A stretch of 64,000 nucleotides of DNA from Candidatus Hadarchaeota archaeon (lineage in GTDB: Archaea; Hadarchaeota; Hadarchaeia; Hadarchaeales; Hadarchaeaceae), in NCBI GenBank assembly GCA_964514945.1, contig CAZESD010000002.1, positions 13,369-77,368 on the forward strand. Reading direction: 5' to 3'. Shown in pieces: positions 19,277 through 28,242 of the stretch. The notes below the pieces were generated by a model, which was given only the letters and a program-made list of their open reading frames with translations, had not been told where the DNA came from and did no database searches. Position numbers and translations under genes: made by a program. How positions within the stretch are numbered: position 1 is the first letter of the stretch; every line of letters starts with the position of its first letter.

Positions 19277-19510
19277 CTAAAACACCGGTAAATAAAACCA
19301 CCCAACCGCCCACCCGATCGCGAACCAGTAGAGCATGTCTAAGTTTAGTAGAAATGAGGCCCTGTATCCGACGCCCCGCGCTAACCGCCCGTATGTCCTG
19401 CGCCACATGAAAGGGTCGCCCAGTGCAATCAGCGGGTAGAGGCACAACACCAAGGGCACGACGATAACGAAGTCGAAATAACTAGCCGTTGCTCCGACCA
19501 CCCATGACCC
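19277..19510 (-). pseudogene. Small-membrane-protein family copy 4, a fragment holding only the 3' part
   Basis: VGATASYFDFVIVVPLVLCLYPLIALGDPFMWRRTYGRLARG...; it is closest in sequence to copy 2. Confidence 0.55.
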
Positions 19511-20593
19511 ATGACCGCCCAGAATCTAACTTTTCAAACAGAAGCTACTTTTTAAACACGCTTCCGACTTTTTAAACAGGGGGCACTTTTTAAACAAAGC
19601 CGTTATTCTTTAGCTATACTGATAACATACGCTACTAAGACGGCAATCCCGATTATGAAAATCGCAACTCCCGCAGGTTGCAAAGGTGATGGATAAGCAG
19701 CTAGGGCCCCACCAATTAATAGAGCTGCAATACCAGCAGCTAGGGGGCTTTCTTTGCCAGCCACATTTTCACCTCCAAATTGGAGCTAGTTTCCACTAGT
19801 ATAAGCGTTTGGATAATTCATTTTGAACAGCCCGCTGTTATTGATAATCATTTTGCCTTTGGTTTGAGTATTCGGGTTATGTAAAGCGTGGTAATTGCAC
19901 CCATTATCATGCCGAATAATACGTATAATAAGTTCGATATGTCCATCTCAAATCACCCCCGTTCATTTTTTGACTTTAGGAGCAACCCCCAGAATTTAGG
20001 AGCAGAGTCCGAAAAGTGCTCCTAAAGTACCGTTTGTTTTAAATTTTTCAACCCCATCAGGAAAACTTGCTGGTACTAAAGGAATCTGTTTTCATACCAT
20101 GCCTTGCTGACCCATTTATGTTTTTCACATGCATTGAGTTTTGTTTCGGCATCGATCCTATGTTTTGGGTTGCAAAACGGGCAGTTATTGTTTTCAGTAA
20201 TTTTTAATTCGCCCTGCTGTAATGCTTTTTTAACCCAGCCCATCTCAATCTCCTTTGTCCATACAGAATGTTATATTGATTTTCATTTATTTCCCTTCAA
20301 ACTCTATTAGGTTCTGTTAACTTAAGTGGGTCTGATTTTTGTGGAGAGCAGGCTTTTCGGTTCTGTAAATTCTGCGGGGTTCAAGAAATCAATATACGAT
20401 GCCCACGTTGTGGATGGGGTTGCGAGGTTCGAGGAGGGCCAAGAGATCCCCCTCAAAAAAGAGCACGTGTCGATGTATATCGAATACGAGAAGATACTCG
20501 AGGCTCTGAAAGAAAAAATACTCAAAGAGGGCAGCGAATTTGAAAAAAAGCGCATAGAGGGCAGCGAGTTTTGCCTGGGCGAGGACGTATCCT

Positions 20594-20645
20594 CGATATG
20601 CTCTACTGGTTCGCACTCGGATGGGTGGTAGGGTGGATTTTATAA
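20594..20645 (+). pseudogene. Small-membrane-protein family copy 5, a remnant of the C-terminal tail
   Basis: Encodes LDMLYWFALGWVVGWIL* in the frame offset by +1 from ORF 20326..20631. Confidence 0.4.
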
Positions 20646-20781
20646 GAACTCAAGCCCCATGCTGCATCCGCTTTTTTATTCGTAGTTGTTCGGCCCGCAA
20701 TATTTTCATAACTCGCATCGCTATTTTCCATCCATCCTGATCGGAGATTAGAACCCTAAGGTGAACCAAACGAATATTAAC

Positions 20782-21603
20782 TCAGATTGAGATTTTAGAG
20801 TTACCATCAAAGACTCTATCGGTACTTCTTTTTCTAAATGGAATAGATGAAAGAAAACTTGGTAATTTTGGGTTTTCTTTCCCAAGAGATTCGAGATATA
20901 AGACATCTCCCTCCACCGCTGATATTGGGATGGGAAAAATCCTTTGTTCATCAGTCCAAGGGATTTTAACTAACCCATCATTTTTGACACGCCCATTTAC
21001 CCATTCTATCGCTCTTAGTAATTCATCCATCCATTCTTTTATCAATCGAAGGTCTTCAGTACGTTTGCTTTCCCATAACTTGTACGATATTGCATAGCAG
21101 TATCTGGTGATGTTGGTATCAAGAGGTTTGTTTTTGAGAATGATGTCTACTATTTCGGGGCTACTTTTTACCCTCTCTTCAAAAAAGAAATAAATCGGGA
21201 TTTCTTCACCTTTTATTTTCACAAGTTCGTCCAACAGCACAAACAGGCAAAATAATGCAGGATGAAGGTTTCCGACCTGTTGAATATGTTCCTTCACGCG
21301 TTTCCCATTGATCTCAATATGATAATCACCTTCCTGAGAATCTACGTCGTCTATTTTCCAAGTGAACCTGTTGTCCTCTTGATAACTCACCACCGTCAAT
21401 ATTCTTCCCATTCTAATGTGAACAAATCGAATGATAATCTCTCCATCTTTTAGGTCCCACTTTCCCTGAATCCATTGTAAATGTTTTTCTGGCTTGAAAT
21501 CGATATGCTCAGAATAACCCTTGTGTCTTTCAGGATTAGTGTCAATGGTGAACCTGAGGAATCCTATATCGGCTGTATTTGGGAAAATATTGGTATATCT
21601 CAT
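20782..21603 (-). CDS. Hypothetical protein
   Basis: 273-aa ORF, AT-rich, no recognisable motif. Confidence 0.5.
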   Translation of the reverse strand: MRYTNIFPNTADIGFLRFTIDTNPERHKGYSEHIDFKPEKHLQWIQGKWDLKDGEIIIRFVHIRMGRILTVVSYQEDNRFTWKIDDVDSQEGDYHIEINGKRVKEHIQQVGNLHPALFCLFVLLDELVKIKGEEIPIYFFFEERVKSSPEIVDIILKNKPLDTNITRYCYAISYKLWESKRTEDLRLIKEWMDELLRAIEWVNGRVKNDGLVKIPWTDEQRIFPIPISAVEGDVLYLESLGKENPKLPSFLSSIPFRKRSTDRVFDGNSKISI

Positions 21604-21673
21604 TATAATTACTCTTTAGATTCTTACCTAAAAGTTTTGAAAAAGTAATTTTTGTGCAAGCGGGGCAATTTTT

Positions 21674-22297
21674 GTGCAGAAAACCTATTATTGTGCAAAG
21701 CCTATTTTGCCAAAACGTTTAAATACCCCCTTTACCCATAAGTATGCCTGTGTGCTGAAACACACAGGAGTAATTTCAGTGATCGGCAACAGGTGGTTCT
21801 GCATGCCCGACGACGACCGAGAGCCTTGGTGCTTCCTCACCCTTGAGCTGGGTGCCGGGAAACGCATCACGGGCTGGCAGGCGGGGTACGGAAACCCGAG
21901 GAGGATAACCCGGATGCTCAGCGGCGACGGATCCAGCGAGGAGGAGATCGTCCGAGGGCTGTTCGAGGAGGTTCGATTCTGCAGGCGGAAGGGCGCGACG
22001 CTGATCACGCTCGGCGCGGAGGTTCTGCCAGCTCTCAGGACCCGAACCCTCCTGCTCGGGCTCGACGGGGCGGGCATAGGGAGGGTGAGGCACATCTGCA
22101 TCGAGAGGCTCCTGAGGGATCACTTCTTGGGATTCGAAGGGGGGATGGATCTACCGCACGCACGCCGCATCCTAGAGTCGGCCAAGGGTGCAGACGTCGA
22201 AACGGGCGGTCTAGACGGGCCCGAGGTGCTCTGGAGGTTATATTCGGTAGTGGGGCCCCTGCTGCCGAAGGGATGCTTCCGTGGGCCTCCCCCGTGA
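21674..22297 (+). CDS. Hypothetical GC-rich protein; the real start is probably the GTG at 21779, after an AGGAG ribosome-binding site
   Basis: ORF in a GC-rich block; an 8-bp hairpin and the motif CACACAGGAG lie just upstream. Confidence 0.4.
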   Translation: MQKTYYCAKPILPKRLNTPFTHKYACVLKHTGVISVIGNRWFCMPDDDREPWCFLTLELGAGKRITGWQAGYGNPRRITRMLSGDGSSEEEIVRGLFEEVRFCRRKGATLITLGAEVLPALRTRTLLLGLDGAGIGRVRHICIERLLRDHFLGFEGGMDLPHARRILESAKGADVETGGLDGPEVLWRLYSVVGPLLPKGCFRGPPP

Positions 22298-22543
22298 ATG
22301 CCGTTGGGAGGGGAAAGGGAGATAACGAAATCTGAACCCTGCTTCGCGCACTACTTGGCCCTCCCCAAGTGCAGGGAGTGCAGGATAGAGATGCCCTGCC
22401 TAAGAGCTACTCTGGGGGGCATGGCCGAGCGCGGTCTGCTGAGGGAACGGTTCGACCTGGGGCGGGGGGAACTCGTTTACTCGATCTCAGAGAGGGGAAG
22501 ACGGCGCTTGGAGAAGAGGGGGCTACTGAGGAAGGTGGATTAA
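22298..22543 (+). CDS. Winged-helix transcriptional regulator (PadR/ArsR-like)
   Basis: ERGLLRERFD...VYSISERGRRRLEK. Confidence 0.5.
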   Translation: MPLGGEREITKSEPCFAHYLALPKCRECRIEMPCLRATLGGMAERGLLRERFDLGRGELVYSISERGRRRLEKRGLLRKVD

Positions 22544-22544
22544 A

Positions 22545-23117
22545 TTGTTGCTGGAAAATCGCTATTTTTCCCCTTATAAACAACCTCCACCCAAAGACTC
22601 GGCGGGGAGAAACATATGGGAGGTGAAAGAAGTGTCAAAACGAAAATATCGAGGAAAGGGTCTGAAGAGTTACGAGCGTGAGCCCCTCAGTAGAGAAGAA
22701 ATCAGAGAGCTAATCCAAGCCCCAGACAACCTTCGTGACAGGCTGATTATCGCATTGCTCTACGACACGGGACTAAGGACAAATGAGCTGGCAGACCTCA
22801 AGCTGAGTGACATCGACCCGGAAAAAGGGATGATCAAGGTAGTCAGAGGAAAGAGGGGAAGAGACAGGCTGGTTCCCTATTCCAGGGAAAAGCTCGGCAT
22901 GCTCGTAGACCACTGGCTGAGAAAAGAAAGAGGTAGCTACCTGGATGCAGGGGACGACGATCACTTCTTCGTTTCGAGATATGGCAAGGGACTGAAACCG
23001 GATGAGATAAGAAAAATCGTCCGCAAAGCTGCCGAGCAAGCGAGGATTCAGAAGATCCACGGAGTGACGCCGCGTATCCTCAGACATTCCTTCGCCACTC
23101 ACGCTACAGAAAAATAA
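22545..23117 (+). pseudogene. Truncated tyrosine recombinase; the catalytic core is present but the segment carrying the C-terminal Tyr is missing
   Basis: LRTNELADLKLSDID...RILRHSFATHATEK contains the R..HxxR box, but the ORF stops before the LGH...Y motif. Confidence 0.65.
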
Positions 23118-23120
23118 TGG

Positions 23121-23615
23121 GTGAATGAATTGAGAGATAATCTCACAAGGATAAACATATCCCTGACGAAGGATCAGGCCAAGCGGTACAAGGAATATAG
23201 TAGGCACTGCCACGGTAGCCGGAGCCAGTTCCTGCGCTTGGCGGCGGAGAACGAGATCGAGAGACGCCAGAATGGCGGGGGCACGGCAGAAATTGATGTA
23301 ACCCTCAGACCTCTTGTAGAGAGGCTGGAAGAGGTAGAAAAAGCGGTCAAGCGGATCGAGGGGAGGTTGGAGAAGACCGAGAAGGGAGTCGACTTCCTCG
23401 TTGATAAACACGGAAGCAGGATCGAGAAAGTTGCAGACGATGTAGAGAAGCTACTCGAGGAACACGGCGGCGAACTCGGCGTGCCCGAGATGAGCGATTT
23501 ACTTCCATACGAACGTAGCGAGATCCTCTTAGGTGTCGAAGGGCTGGAGAACGTACATACGATTAAGCGGGTTGAGCAAGAAGGGGGAATAATAAAGTGG
23601 AAGATCAGGGGGTGA
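23121..23615 (+). CDS. RHH-like DNA-binding protein with a coiled-coil C-terminus
   Basis: INISLTKDQAKRYKEY...SRSQFLRLAAENEI. Confidence 0.5.
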   Translation: MNELRDNLTRINISLTKDQAKRYKEYSRHCHGSRSQFLRLAAENEIERRQNGGGTAEIDVTLRPLVERLEEVEKAVKRIEGRLEKTEKGVDFLVDKHGSRIEKVADDVEKLLEEHGGELGVPEMSDLLPYERSEILLGVEGLENVHTIKRVEQEGGIIKWKIRG

Positions 23616-24982
23616 AGCATGTGGCAAGTGAAAGCGAAATTGTGCAGACAGCGCTCGATGGCTTGTTAAAGGAAAGTGAGGGTGAAACAACGAAGGATGA
23701 AAGCAATGAAAAGGGATCCATCCAAGCTGGTTCACCAGAGACCTTTCTCGGGTCCTTCGCAAGGCGCCAAGAGCTATACGAACAGGGGCTTAGCGACTCC
23801 GCGATAGCGCGGGAGGAGGGTGTGAGCCGCTCCGCTATGAGAAGGAATTTGCCACGGAATTCGCATTTGAAGTCCTTCCCCCGTCGCCAAGAGCTATACG
23901 AACAGGGGCTTAGTGATTACGCGATCGCGCAGGCAGAAAGCGTCGCCAATCACGTTATTTGGATGTGGAGAAAACGACGAAATTTGCCTCCGAATCTGCC
24001 TTCGCCTCAAAAACATATAGCAGTGAAAAGCTATTTCATAAAAGAATATCTCAGGTATCTTGAAGATGAGGGCTCAAGTGTCGTCAATAATCATAAGTGC
24101 TGTTTGGCGATGTTCGAGAACTTCTTAAAGGGTAAACCGTTAGAGAAAGTCGCCCCGAGGGATGTTTGGGACTTTCTAAACAATTTGATGGTAAAGAGGA
24201 GGGCAAAAGGCACTATATCACACTATTTTTCAACAATTAAATCGTTTTACGAGTATTTGGACCTCTGCCATGACATTGACGTTTCAGAATTAAGGAGGAA
24301 GCTTCCAGAACTGAGGAGGCAGATAAAAAAGTATCGATCTGGAGTACGGAAGGGTGTTGGTCGAGAACCCCTTACGAGGGATGAGGTTCGCCGTCTAATT
24401 AATGCGCCAGACAGCCTGCGCGATACGCTCCTCCTCAGCATGCTTTGCTATACCGGAATAAGGGCAGGAGAAGCTGCAGGTTTAAAAATCGAAAAGGTCG
24501 ACACGAAGAGGAGGGAAATAGAGGTCGTTGGCAAGGGAGATAAGCCGAGAAGGGTACCATATCATCTCGACCTTGATAGGCTGATAGACAGGTGGCTGAA
24601 TAAGGTAAGGAGGAGCTATGTAAACTCAGGGAATAGCGATTATTTCTTCGTCTCGAAATCGGGGGCTAAATTGACGGTTCCTCAAATCCGCAAAATTGTA
24701 AATAAAGCGGCTGAAAAAGCAAGTATTCAAAAAGTAGTTTTAGTGAAACTTGATGGTGCGGTAATTTATAAGGTAAAGCCCCATGTCCTTCGGCACACTT
24801 TCGCGACCCATCTAGATGAGGATTTCGCGAACGCTTCTGAGGACAGAATTATTCCAAGGGAGGACATCCAACAGATATTGGGCCACGAGCAAATGAGCAC
24901 AACAAGAGAGTATATCCATTCTGATGTAAGATTCAAGTCTTACTGTAAGCACTTCAAGGCCTACTTTGGAAGAAATCCTTAG
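23597..24982 (+). CDS. Tyrosine recombinase/integrase (XerC/D-like)
   Basis: LCYTGIRAGEAAGLKIEKVD, HVLRHTFATHL, ILGHEQMSTTREYIH; the N-terminus has a tandem ~40-aa duplication (RRQELYEQGLSD.AIA); the start is uncertain. Confidence 0.85.
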   Translation: MEDQGVKHVASESEIVQTALDGLLKESEGETTKDESNEKGSIQAGSPETFLGSFARRQELYEQGLSDSAIAREEGVSRSAMRRNLPRNSHLKSFPRRQELYEQGLSDYAIAQAESVANHVIWMWRKRRNLPPNLPSPQKHIAVKSYFIKEYLRYLEDEGSSVVNNHKCCLAMFENFLKGKPLEKVAPRDVWDFLNNLMVKRRAKGTISHYFSTIKSFYEYLDLCHDIDVSELRRKLPELRRQIKKYRSGVRKGVGREPLTRDEVRRLINAPDSLRDTLLLSMLCYTGIRAGEAAGLKIEKVDTKRREIEVVGKGDKPRRVPYHLDLDRLIDRWLNKVRRSYVNSGNSDYFFVSKSGAKLTVPQIRKIVNKAAEKASIQKVVLVKLDGAVIYKVKPHVLRHTFATHLDEDFANASEDRIIPREDIQQILGHEQMSTTREYIHSDVRFKSYCKHFKAYFGRNP

Positions 24983-25249
24983 TCGAATAGGAAAACCCTA
25001 ATCCTTATTTTTAATGTTTTTTTACCAAGTGGAATGTAATAACTACACAACGTCGGCATTGTTCCAGATAGAAGGGTGCCCATGTTGTGTATTTATTGTG
25101 TATGAGAGAAGACCACAGCGGAAGGTGAATCGGCTCATTGAAAATGGGGTAATCGCCCGTGAAGGCAAGGAGAGAAACCCAACCCTTAGCGTTTGTTTAC
25201 AGAAATCTTTCCGCGTCTACCCCAACCTCGCGTGCGGGGGTGAGCCAAC

Positions 25250-25495
25250 ATGATGGATGGCCGCGTCGTCTACGTTCGGTACTGGGACCACGTTCTCTTC
25301 AAGGACGTTAACTCCAAGGCCTACGGACCGCAGGTGAGGGAAACTGTCGGTTGGCTTGCCGAGGATAACGGGGGCTACATCCGAATCGAGTGGGAGAGAT
25401 TTAACGGCTCAGCCGTGCCGGACAACTTAAGGCAGCGCTCAACGGGGCTCGTGATCCTCAAGTCCTGCATCCTCGAGCTGAGGGAGGTGGGGTGA
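25250..25495 (+). CDS. Hypothetical protein
   Basis: ORF only. Confidence 0.35.
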   Translation: MMDGRVVYVRYWDHVLFKDVNSKAYGPQVRETVGWLAEDNGGYIRIEWERFNGSAVPDNLRQRSTGLVILKSCILELREVG

Positions 25496-25499
25496 TGCG

Positions 25500-25721
25500 C
25501 TACTTTTCCCGTTTGAGCCATAGCTCGAGGGCTTCTGCGATAGCCTTGCCTAAAGCCCCTTTCTCCCCACCGTACTTGAGGGCCACCCTTGCCCGAAAGT
25601 CACGCTCCAGCTTTTCGGGCAGCTCAATGGTCATCCGTCCCATGCTTAAACGCCAGTGTGGTCCTATGTCGATATGCTTAAATAACACTTCCCTCATACG
25701 TATGTCTGTATGTATTAGCAC
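25500..25721 (-). CDS. RHH/CopG-family protein
   Basis: MTIELPEKLERDFRARVALKYG...KAIAEALELWLK. Confidence 0.55.
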   Translation of the reverse strand: MLIHTDIRMREVLFKHIDIGPHWRLSMGRMTIELPEKLERDFRARVALKYGGEKGALGKAIAEALELWLKREK

Positions 25722-25737
25722 ACAGGAGGTTCAGTGA

Positions 25738-27168
25738 GTGGTTTCAGAGTCCAGAGTCTTGGAGCGACTCGAAGGCGGGTTCGAGATCCGAAGAATCACG
25801 CACGGGCCTGAGGGCTACCAACTCGACAGACCAGTTGAGGTCAGGCTTCCGGGGGATATGAGCAGGGGCGAGGAGGATGTCTACGATTACATTATTCGCT
25901 CCCTCCTTAACGACACGCCTCGTCTGATCCCGTTCGCGTGCGAGAGCCGAGCGATATTCGACCTCGCAAAGTACCTGAGGCGGGGCCTCAGCTCTAGCGA
26001 GCATACCCTGCGCACCTACGTACACGGCGTTGCCCAGTTCTGCAGATGGGCTGGAAGGGCCCCCGACGAACTTATTTGCGAGTGCAAGACCTCCGATGGG
26101 CTGCCTGATCAAAAGAAGCTTGCCGAACACGCGAAACTCCTCGATGATTACGTCGGATCTCTGCAGGCGGACGGACTCGCACCGCTCACCATAGCGAATT
26201 ACGTCAAAGCCATCAAGAGCCTGTACCGAGCAAATGGTTTGGAACTCAGGCTCCTCTACCGACTCAAGCGTACGATCAAAAACGAAGACCGAGCTCCGAC
26301 GCCCGAGGAACTCCAGCGGATGATCGATTTGGGGAACCTCCGCGACAAAGCGATCGTTTCGATGCTAGCCCTAGGCGGCTTTCGGATAGGGACGCTCGCG
26401 CGGCTAAAGTACCGCCACGTCCGCGGGGACTTGGAACGCGGCATGGTGCCCGTGCAAGTGCACGTGGAGGCCGACATCACTAAGGGCAAGTATCACAGCT
26501 ACGACACCTTCCTAGGCAAGGAGGCCGCCGAGTACCTGAAAGCGTACCTCGACCTGCGGCGGCGTGGAACTTTAAGGGAACACCGAACCTCAAGCGGTCA
26601 CATACTTCGTGTAGGAATTCCCCCGGAACAAATCACGGACGAATCGCCGCTCATACGCGCTGATCGCGACATTAAGGTAAGGTCGGTGACCCCCCGCGTG
26701 ATTTACCACGTCATCAACTCGCTTTATCGAAGGGCCGGGCTCGTTTCAAGGAGGGGAAGTGGTCGGACCCGATACCAGCTCTGGGCCCACTCGATCCGTA
26801 AGTATTTCCGAACACAGTTAGCAGCACTCGGTATGCCGACCGACTACATTGAATACATGATGGGCCACAGGATCTCGACCTACCACGACATACGCATGAA
26901 GGGAATCGAGTTCCTCCGCAACGTTTACGCTAGCTCTGGACTATCGATTAGGTCCAAAACGAAGATTACACGCTTGCAGATACTGGAGCAAATGGTGAGC
27001 GCTTGGGGAATGGATCCGAACAAAGTCGTGGTGAAAGAAGCATTCGCTGAGCCACACCGGGTCTTCGTATCGCCGTACGATCGAGAGGAGAATCAGATGA
27101 AGGTACTGAGCAACGCGCTGAAAGAGATGATGCGAAAAGAGCTAGGGTCTGTGGGTCGTAGAAATTGA
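25738..27168 (+). CDS. Tyrosine recombinase/integrase lying at the right end of the element
   Basis: LALGGFRIGTLARLKYRHV, HSIRKYFRT, MGHRISTYHDI; it ends 15 bp before the right-hand direct repeat. Confidence 0.8.
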   Translation: MVSESRVLERLEGGFEIRRITHGPEGYQLDRPVEVRLPGDMSRGEEDVYDYIIRSLLNDTPRLIPFACESRAIFDLAKYLRRGLSSSEHTLRTYVHGVAQFCRWAGRAPDELICECKTSDGLPDQKKLAEHAKLLDDYVGSLQADGLAPLTIANYVKAIKSLYRANGLELRLLYRLKRTIKNEDRAPTPEELQRMIDLGNLRDKAIVSMLALGGFRIGTLARLKYRHVRGDLERGMVPVQVHVEADITKGKYHSYDTFLGKEAAEYLKAYLDLRRRGTLREHRTSSGHILRVGIPPEQITDESPLIRADRDIKVRSVTPRVIYHVINSLYRRAGLVSRRGSGRTRYQLWAHSIRKYFRTQLAALGMPTDYIEYMMGHRISTYHDIRMKGIEFLRNVYASSGLSIRSKTKITRLQILEQMVSAWGMDPNKVVVKEAFAEPHRVFVSPYDREENQMKVLSNALKEMMRKELGSVGRRN

Positions 27169-28242
27169 AGCAAGAGTATTTATTACCCGGCGATATGGTC
27201 GAGGAGCATCGCGATATCGGTTAGGAAGCGTCGCCGCCGAGCTTGGACCCAGCCACTCTTTCTCGAGCGGGGCACGCTCACACCTCTCGCCAGCTCGCTC
27301 GTGAGCAACCTCGTCCGGCGAGGTGCTTCAGCTTTTATCATAGGTGAGATGGGGAGCGCAAAGACCAGCGAAGTCGAGACGCTAGTGCCCGAGATAGGCC
27401 CCCACCAACGCATCATAGCATTTCAGGATACGGAGGAACTCCACCTCGAGGAGTTCGTTGCACACGGTTACTCAATCGAAAATGTGCGAATTGCCGATGC
27501 CGCGCATCTCCAGCGCCAAATTGATGCCTTCCTTCGGGGAGGCGCGGCATACTGGCTCATCACGGAGGTACGGGCGATGGAGGCGGTTAGGGCAGCTTTG
27601 GGGGCGGCAGCGCGGCAGGGAAGTCAACCAATCGTGAGCAGCTTTCACGCCCGCTCGAAGCGCGAGATGTTTGATCTGGTGTGCCGCATCATGGGATTGC
27701 ATGACGCAGCCTACAAGTACGTCGATCTTGTCGTCAGCACCGCCCGCTTTTCCACTCCCACCGGTACCATCAGGCGGGTGATAGAGGTGGCTGAGGTACT
27801 CAAAGATTGGGATGACAAGCCGAAGTATGCCGAGATTTTCACCGACGACCGCAAGCGCGATTTGCTCGTGCCAAGAAATTTCCTTCGCGGTGATAGGCGC
27901 CTTCTCGAGCGCTTGAACTCCTTTGATCTCTCGAAACTCAATGTCCTAGATGCTGCAAAACGATTGGACTTCTTGTCACCTGAAAGAGGCGGAAGCCAGC
28001 TCTTGCCCACTATGTGCAAGCGGTTCGCGATAAATGAGCGAGACTTCCTCACAGGCATTCTCGCAGAGGCTAAGATGAAATCTGACTTGCTTGGTTTGAC
28101 CAGACGCACTGGCGACATGAGCTACCTCGAGCTACCATTCGTGAGTCGTGCCTACGATGCTTACTTCTCCTTCGTTAAAGAAAATGCTCCAGAGTACGAG
28201 CGCGTTCTAACTAGGTGGCAGAGTTGGTTGAAGGCCCTTTAA
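27169..28242 (+). pseudogene. C-terminal ATPase-domain fragment of the split FlaI/TadA(CpaF)-like ATPase
   Basis: The frame is open from the integrase stop codon and has no ATG before the P-loop. ...ISVRKRRRRAWTQPLFLERGTLTPLASSLV.. aligns with FTIRKF...GTLS of secretion ATPases. The Walker A is degenerate (IIGEMGSAKTS). Blocks IIAFQDTEEL, YWLITEVR and SSFHARS follow the VirB11/TadA pattern. Confidence 0.75.
27183..27192. repeat. Right copy of the 10-bp direct repeat TTACCCGGCG (candidate attR core)
   Basis: Identical to 1387..1396. Confidence 0.7.

Larger units (their letters stand above)
1397..27182. mobile_element. ~25.8-kb composite integrated element inserted in the pilus-ATPase gene
   Basis: Bounded by the 10-bp direct repeats. 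It splits the ATPase ORF without disturbing the frame. An intact tyrosine recombinase sits at the right end. Inside are two more recombinase genes, RM and HerA/NurA cargo, blocks of alternating AT-rich and GC-rich composition, and partial copies of a small gene that look like nested att sites. Confidence 0.65.
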
